From sequence record OQ790161.1: 64,000 nt of DNA; one strand, written 5' to 3'. Shown here one piece after another: positions 54,202 to 61,200 of the stretch. Position 1 is the first letter of the stretch. Every line of letters begins with the position of its first letter. The position numbers and the translations under genes are program-made. The notes under the pieces are model-generated. The model ran no database searches. It worked only from the letters and a program-made list of their open reading frames with translations, and had not been told where the DNA came from.

Positions 54202-55725
54202 ATGGGCAATAATCCCAATTACGTACCGGTTACCGCTGCCAACGCACCGAAGATCAACGTCGGTAGTTCGGCGACCGGGTATAAGACTGAAAGTCTGTTG
54301 ACGAACATCATCAAGACCGAAGGCGCCAAGTACGCCAAGAAGGAAGCAGGTAAGTTCGTCAGTAACAAAGCCAGCAAGTTGATCAACGACAAGCTGGGCA
54401 AGATCGGCCTGCCCGGTGGACTGGGCGGTTCTGCACAGAACGCTGCACTGGCCGGCGCACGCTCGGCCTCTGATCAGCTCAGCGGAGTGATCGGCGGTAA
54501 ACTCTCTTCGGTACTCGGTTCGGGCATCGGTGGAAGCGTGGCCTCGTTGGCCACCAAACAGATCTCTAACCTCGCCACAGGGGCGATCACCAAAGCCACC
54601 TCGATGGTACAGGATAAACTCGGAGCGGCCGTGTCGGGCGCCCTGGGCGGTCTGGGTGGGGGTCTGCTGGCTAACACCCTGTCCAAGCTCTCTGACACCG
54701 GTACCAAGAACCTGCTGGCTGCCAAGATCGCTCCGGGCTTCTTGGAAACCGGTCCCAAGGATGAGTCGCTGACCCAAGACGTCTACGGAGTGAGTGACAA
54801 CAACATCCTCAATGGACTGGGTGAGAAAGTCTCTGGGTTGGCCAAGGATGCCTTCAATGACATCCGCAAGTCGCCGGGGCTGATTACCGACCTGACCTCG
54901 ATGATCAAGTCCGGCGGCTCCAACTTCAAGATCAGTAAGGAAGGCTTGGCCGATCGCGTGTTGGGTTCGCTCGGTGGACGCACGGGTGTATTGAACAACC
55001 TGGCCGATACCTTCAAGGATACGGTCGTTGGTGGGTTGGGTTTGCCGCCCGACATCTACTCCACGGCCATTGCGGTGATCGGTAGCAAGACCCAGCGCTT
55101 TGATGCCGGTCAGATGGACAACGCACGTCAAGTGTTCTCGTTGGTCAACCAAGTCACCAACTCCAGCCAGCTCAAGGCCTTCTTCGATGTCGGCAGTGAA
55201 TCGGCGTTGCTTTCCGGGGTGATGCGCGAGGCAATCGCGCTGGGCGTACCCGATGCCATCGACGTGCTGGTAGAAAATGCCAAGGACAGCGAGATCGCTT
55301 ACAACGCCCTGTATGCCAACATGCGGGTGGCCTGTGAGAACTCGGATCTGGACACGGTCAATCTGATGATTGAGAAGGTCGGGGTCACTCAGTTCCTGGC
55401 ACAGGTGCCGGATGCAGCGCCCGTGTTGCTCTCCAGCTACGAGTTGCCGTTGGGCACCAACAGCACCAACTACGACAACGAGTGGGCTGCTCTGAAGCTG
55501 GCGCTGGACAAGCTCAGCCCGCAGTGGGACAAGGTCGAACGCAACGGCACGATGGTCACTGACCTGACGGCCTTCACCGGCGTGAGCGATGATGCCCGCA
55601 AGCTGATGATGCGTCAGCCGGAGTATCTGGTGGCGACCTTGATCGGTGCCAACTACGCAGAATCGGTGGACCTGATCGCCGACCTGCAACAGAAGTATCC
55701 GTTGGCCCCCATCCAGTCGGCATAA
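54202..55725 (+). CDS. phiKZ-like virion structural protein
   Basis: 507 aa, Gly/Ala/Ser/Leu-rich N-terminal half, F.ETGPKD....DVY motif; GGTATG upstream. Confidence 0.65.
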   Translation: MGNNPNYVPVTAANAPKINVGSSATGYKTESLLTNIIKTEGAKYAKKEAGKFVSNKASKLINDKLGKIGLPGGLGGSAQNAALAGARSASDQLSGVIGGKLSSVLGSGIGGSVASLATKQISNLATGAITKATSMVQDKLGAAVSGALGGLGGGLLANTLSKLSDTGTKNLLAAKIAPGFLETGPKDESLTQDVYGVSDNNILNGLGEKVSGLAKDAFNDIRKSPGLITDLTSMIKSGGSNFKISKEGLADRVLGSLGGRTGVLNNLADTFKDTVVGGLGLPPDIYSTAIAVIGSKTQRFDAGQMDNARQVFSLVNQVTNSSQLKAFFDVGSESALLSGVMREAIALGVPDAIDVLVENAKDSEIAYNALYANMRVACENSDLDTVNLMIEKVGVTQFLAQVPDAAPVLLSSYELPLGTNSTNYDNEWAALKLALDKLSPQWDKVERNGTMVTDLTAFTGVSDDARKLMMRQPEYLVATLIGANYAESVDLIADLQQKYPLAPIQSA

Positions 55726-55760
55726 AAAGCCCCTCCCAAACGGGAGGGGCTTTTATGTCG
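55718..55760. terminator. Bidirectional hairpin, near-perfect 19-bp palindrome including flanks
   Basis: CGGCATAAAAAGCCCCTCCC-AAAC-GGGAGGGGCTTTTATGTCG. Confidence 0.9.
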
Positions 55761-55850
55761 TGTGTAGGAAGTCGTGTCCCTGTGTTCGACCTTTCCCGGA
55801 CCCGATGGGTCGAAGGCTTGGTGCTAGGGCGGGACACTTCTCCTACAGGA
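55757..55850. ncRNA. Candidate structured small RNA or structured 3' UTR
   Basis: Nested stems TGTAGGA/TCCTACA, GTGTCCC/GGGACAC and TTCGACC/GGTCGAA in a non-coding gap between convergent genes. Confidence 0.35.
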
Positions 55851-55871
55851 TCAGCACCGCTACGTAAAAAA

Positions 55872-58142
55872 TTAATCCGTACGATCCGTTTCGGTGGAGA
55901 TCGCATTGATGATGCGGCCCAAGGTGGTGTTACCCGCCCACATGGCCACACGTCCCGGCGACTTCCAGCTGGTCCAGTTCTGCATCTGGCGATAACGTGC
56001 CAGCTTCCAGCGACGGTTGGAGTACACCATGTCCTGCCAACTCAAACTGCCCAGTACCGCCATGTAGTCGGTAAAGGTGTTGTCATCGTCGTAGGTGCCC
56101 TTCTGTGCGTAGGAGGCAAACTCCTGACCGCGCAGTCCGCCAATCAGATCACCCACGGCCTGAGCGAACATGTCGGTGTAACCGAAGTTCGTTTGGATCG
56201 GCAGGTGCATGATCGAGGACAGATCGGTGATGGAGAAGGTGACATCGATGCCCAGTGCATCACCGTCCTGCGTCCAGCCCAGGTTACCCGTACCACGGGT
56301 GATGGACATATCGGTGATCATGCCCAGACGGATCGCATGGCGACCACGGCAGAACGCTTCACAGATGAACGGGGAGGTGTAGGAGTGCTTACCCGTGGAC
56401 AGCGGCAGTGCCGCAGCCAAGAGCATGCTCAGCGGGATGTACAGGTTCATCAGGCGCGACATGCGCGTACCGTAAGGGCTACGCAGCTTGATCGTGTACT
56501 CCGCCTTAGGCAGGTTCGCCGTGGAGCCCGACCAGGTCTTGGGGATGTCCACGAACGCGTTACCGGCCAATGCCATCAGGCCCGACATCTGCAACCCTTC
56601 CAGCGTACCGGAGACGAAGTCCTTGACGGCCCCCATCACTTGGTCCAGACCCGGCACACCCAAGTTACCGTTGGCCCAATCGAATCGAGCCGAGCGCGAA
56701 CTGGAGGAGGTCGAGTTGAATTTCTGCTGGATCTGGGATTCTTCCACCGAGGAGGAGAACGATTCGTTGGACGAACCGGAGTAGCCGACGCGGAAGGTCA
56801 CGTACTGCGCACCGTCACGACGTTCGGCTTCGAACATCGACTTCAGACTGCCCAGCCAACTTTGACCACCCTCGCCTTGACCGTCACCCATGTTGTACCA
56901 ATCACGGTTGCCGTCCGGACCCACCGACTCCACGTCGATCTGCTTGGCCGGCTCTTCACCGGTGGTCGGTGTGCCGCCCACGTTCTCGGTGCTGCCGTCA
57001 CCGGCTGCCGGTGCAGGAGCTGCCTCGCCCGTACCGCCTGCATCTGCGGTATCGGTTGCAGCGGCGGTGCCGTCCAGCTTGATGTAATTGGACTGACCAT
57101 CGGAGCGGTTGCGATCCGAGTTCAGGTACAGGTTGCGGTACTCATCGATACCTTGGGATTCGATACGCTTCAGACCACCGCCCTTGTACAACTTGTCCTT
57201 GAGCTCGTTGACAGCTTGGAACAACCCGGAGGCATCGGTGAGCGAATCCACCTTGTTCTGCAATTCGGCATTGAAGGTGTTGGCGATACGCTGTGCGCGG
57301 TTGGCAATGGCGTACACGTCCAGACCCGCAGCCTGTTGGCCCGAGCGCAAGAAGATGTCCGGCAGTACCTTGGCGTACTCTTGCAGCATTTCGTTCTGGT
57401 CACCCAGATAGCTGGAGTCCTGACCGGTGACCTTGGTCTGTGCTTCGGTCAGGGCCATCGGAATGACACCGATGTTCACCGCGATGGCATTGGCGATCGT
57501 GTTGACCGCTTGCCAGTACGGGTACATGGTCGGTTTCATGTAGTAGTACTTGGAGGCAGGCCATGCACCCAAGAACTTGATGATCTGGCCACCGAGGATA
57601 ACCGGTTGCAGTGGCAAGGCCAGCAAGAAGCCCAATGCTTTGCCTGCGGTAGCGAACACATTGCTGGTTCGGCCGGTACGCGAGAGCAACGCTGCATCGG
57701 TACTGTAGAAGTTACCGAAGAACTGGATCAGCGAGTTGTACTCGGGCACACCAAAGCGCATGACCAGATCTTGCCCCCAGTCATCGATGGCTTCGCTGTA
57801 GTAGCGACCCATACCCGCACTGGGAGTGGTGAATTCGGAATTGGGATTATCGCCCTCGGTCATGAAGCGACCGGTGGACATCATCCACTTGATACCACCT
57901 GGGGTCGTGGACCCATTGGTGGCGCCGCGGGAATAGCGCTGACTACCACCGACGCGGATGTCGGCGTAGCGGGTGAACTGGGGTGGAGCATTGATCGCGA
58001 AGTTTCCGCCCAACGTGGTGTCGGTGAACTTGTAAGCCGCCGACGTGAGGACGCGGCGTCGCTGATCGACATCGTTCAGTGCCGATTCCGGCAACAGAAA
58101 CGATTGCTGGACCCAGACGGTGTCTTTGATACGAAACGACAT
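55872..58142 (-). CDS. Baseplate (hub-type) structural protein, phiKZ gp182-like
   Basis: TTLGGNFAINAPPQFTRYADI, GMGRYYSEAIDD and RFGVPEYNSL motifs; adjacent to the tape-measure gene. Confidence 0.8.
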   Translation of the reverse strand: MSFRIKDTVWVQQSFLLPESALNDVDQRRRVLTSAAYKFTDTTLGGNFAINAPPQFTRYADIRVGGSQRYSRGATNGSTTPGGIKWMMSTGRFMTEGDNPNSEFTTPSAGMGRYYSEAIDDWGQDLVMRFGVPEYNSLIQFFGNFYSTDAALLSRTGRTSNVFATAGKALGFLLALPLQPVILGGQIIKFLGAWPASKYYYMKPTMYPYWQAVNTIANAIAVNIGVIPMALTEAQTKVTGQDSSYLGDQNEMLQEYAKVLPDIFLRSGQQAAGLDVYAIANRAQRIANTFNAELQNKVDSLTDASGLFQAVNELKDKLYKGGGLKRIESQGIDEYRNLYLNSDRNRSDGQSNYIKLDGTAAATDTADAGGTGEAAPAPAAGDGSTENVGGTPTTGEEPAKQIDVESVGPDGNRDWYNMGDGQGEGGQSWLGSLKSMFEAERRDGAQYVTFRVGYSGSSNESFSSSVEESQIQQKFNSTSSSSRSARFDWANGNLGVPGLDQVMGAVKDFVSGTLEGLQMSGLMALAGNAFVDIPKTWSGSTANLPKAEYTIKLRSPYGTRMSRLMNLYIPLSMLLAAALPLSTGKHSYTSPFICEAFCRGRHAIRLGMITDMSITRGTGNLGWTQDGDALGIDVTFSITDLSSIMHLPIQTNFGYTDMFAQAVGDLIGGLRGQEFASYAQKGTYDDDNTFTDYMAVLGSLSWQDMVYSNRRWKLARYRQMQNWTSWKSPGRVAMWAGNTTLGRIINAISTETDRTD

Positions 58143-58168
58143 TGCGAGGACCTCGTGGGTTTAGAAAG

Positions 58169-58208
58169 GCCGGGGAGGGGTTACCTCCCCGGCTCTCGTT
58201 TTATGCCG
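58169..58208 (-). terminator. Hairpin with TTTTATGCCG flank after the tape-measure gene
   Basis: GCCGGGGAGG-GGTTA-CCTCCCCGGC-TCTCGTTTTATGCCG. Confidence 0.7.
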
Positions 58209-58209
58209 C

Positions 58210-61200
58210 TTAGTTACCCGAACTGAACCGTACGTCGATCGGCAAGCGATTGCCGTTACGTTGTTCGGTCGGGCGCTGAGCGCGGCTGGGTGCAGGTGCC
58301 GCAGTTTCGACCTTCTCCGGAGTTGCCTCCGCAGTGGACGAACCAAGACCCCCGAGCTTGAGTGCTTGACGCAGAACGTCAACGGTGTTGGCAGTGTTGC
58401 GTTCAATCTTCAGCTGCGTATCGAGCTGCTGCTGCAAGATCTCTGCCACACGCGACATTTGCGCCGACTCGTTTTGGCTTTGGCGCTGACTCTGCGCCTC
58501 CACTGCTCGAGCCTGCTGTTCCGCAGCTTGGCGCTGCTTCTCTTGGGCATTGGCACGGGTTGCTTCATCAGAGGCAGTGGCCGAAGCGGCTGCATTCAAC
58601 GAAGCGGTCGACTCCAGACTCGGAGCTGCAGCCACCGGTGCGTATCCGCCACCGACACTTGCCCCTGCCATCTGTGCCGCAGACCCGCCACCACTGGTGA
58701 GCGAATTGGTTCCGCTCGTGGTAGCCGACATGGCCGGACTTGCGCCCGAGGCCGATGCAGTCACGCCACCGGCCGAAGCCGAAGCGCCCAGACCGCCACC
58801 GACGTTGGCCGTGGTGGTGGTACCTGCCTTTGCTCCGGTGGTGTCCACCGAAGAGGTCACGCCAGAGAAGTCAGCTTTGGCAACCGGGGCAGTGCCGCCG
58901 GTGCTGGGGACGCCCATTCCGCCTTGGGTGCGACCACCATACACAGCTTGGGCCTTGTTGACCTTCTGCTGCATCAGCTGGTACACGCCGCCGACTGTCT
59001 TGGGACTGGACATGTTGGGCACGTTCTTGTTGCCCTGCTTCATCATGTCGTAGAAGATCCACTTGTTGGCCGCAGCTTCCTTGGGGAAGGTTGCCGGAGC
59101 GTTCAAGTTGGGATCCTTGGACAGGAAGTTGGCAGCGCCACCGGCACCCATGAAGTGCGCCATGTACATATCGGTCTCGTTGATGCCACGACCGATACGA
59201 CCCTTCAGGATGTTGTAGTTGTCCTTCAGGAACATTGCGCCCATCAAGGCATTGGCTCGCGGATCGAACGGGGAGGCCGTCGGACTGAGTCCGTAGGTCG
59301 AACCGTACTTCTTGAGCATGCCATTCCACGTACCGCGGATGAACTGGAACAGACCCGAGGCGCTGGAGGTCGGCGCCTTAGCACCGGGGTTGAAGGTGGA
59401 CTCAATCGAGCAGATGGCGTAGAGCATGTTCGGATCCACACCGGTCATCTTGGCCACAGAGTCGAACAGCGGCTTCAGAACTGCAAAGCGCTGTGCGGGC
59501 TTCATGGCCGCAATTTCTTCGTTGGACGGAACGTTGGGCAGGGAGTTGATGTCGCCACCAGTACCCTTACCCGGATGATCCAGCCCCGGACCGAAGCCCA
59601 GTGCACCTGCCACCGCTTGACCAGGGATCATTGCAGCACGACCCGCCGTTTCCAGCGCGCCACTGTAGTCACCACTGGTAGCCTGACCGTAAGCGTCCTT
59701 GGCCATGTTCAAACCGCGCGTAGCGGCTTGGTTCACGCCATCAACGGTACGACCCAACCAATTGCGGTTGTTCTTGTCACCCATCAACCAGTCCGATGCC
59801 TTCTGTACGCCTTCGCGCATCGAATCCATCATTCCACCCAGCAGACCCTTTTCCTTCTTGACAGCCGCATCGCGACCAGCAATCAGTTCTTCGGTCATGG
59901 CCTTGCCGTCGGCGTTCTTCTTGAGCACCAGCAGCGAACCGGCCAGTGCGTTGGAATCACTGTTCAGGCGTTCCTGCGGGCTCCACGGGGAAGTGGACCA
60001 GCTCCAGATCGAACCACCATCAGGCGTCTTGGCATTCATCATCGCCTGAGCCACATCCGTCAGCTGCGCCGGCTTGAGTTGCTTTTCCGGAGCTTCGAAG
60101 TCTGCGTTGGGCGAAAGCGCCTTGACCGTCTTCATGTAGGCGTAGGCCACCGGCAGGAAGCGACGTCCGAACCAGGAGCACCAGCGCGTGCGGTCATTGG
60201 GCGAGTTGGCCGTCAAGCCGAACAGACCCGCTGCCGCGGTAAAGGCTTGGTCCGCTTCCATGGGGAAGAACGGATTGCCTGCGCTGGAGATCGAGGTCTT
60301 CTTGAACACCAACGTTTCCAATGCCGCCAGGGCACGGACACGATCGGTATCCAGATCCGTCAGGCCGTAGGCCCGGTAACGAATCGCCTGCAAGGCAGTG
60401 ACCTTGTTCAGACGTGCCAGCGAGGAGGACAGCAGTCCATCCACATCCTTGGTGTTTTTCACACTGCCGGAGGTGGAGAGCATGTTGCTCCCTTGCGCGC
60501 CTTCGATCTTCTTGGCCGTTTCAGCCGCACCGTCCTTCTTGGCTTGGGATTCGTCCATCTGGTTCTGAACGTAGTTCGTCACCAACCCCATGCCCGGCAC
60601 CGTCCATGCCATCACGCTCAGAGCGCGGTTCTTCCACTTGTCACGACTCTTCTCGCTGTCGCTCTTGCCCGATTCCTTCAGGGCCAGATTGTAAGCGTCT
60701 TCGATGTCGGCAAAGTTGGTCACCGCCGGCTCATCCTCGAAGGGACCGGCCGAGATCGCGTACAGGTTGCGCGAGATGGTCCATGCCTTGTTCACCAACT
60801 TCGCTTGGGCTTCGCCACTGAGCTTTTCGTCGGCTTCCAAGATGTCCATCTTCGGATCGATCTCACGCAGGTTCTTCACCCACGTCAGGAAGATCGGCTT
60901 GAATCGCTGAGCGTACCAGATGTTGAACGATGCACGCGCTTGGCTCTTGTTGGAGAACCAGCCATCGTCCATGCCCATGATCTCATACACGTCCTTCATG
61001 GTGATGTCCTTACCACCAGAACTGGACTTGCTCAGGATCTCCAACCCGCCACCCTTATCGCCCACGTGATCCAGCAGCAGCTCTTCCAACTGGAAGATCT
61101 TCTTGTTGTTACCGGCATCACCGGGAGCAACACCGTACTGGAGATAGCGGAAGCGACGCACCGGGGTGAGCTTACCGTACTTGTGCTGCTTGTAACCGTA

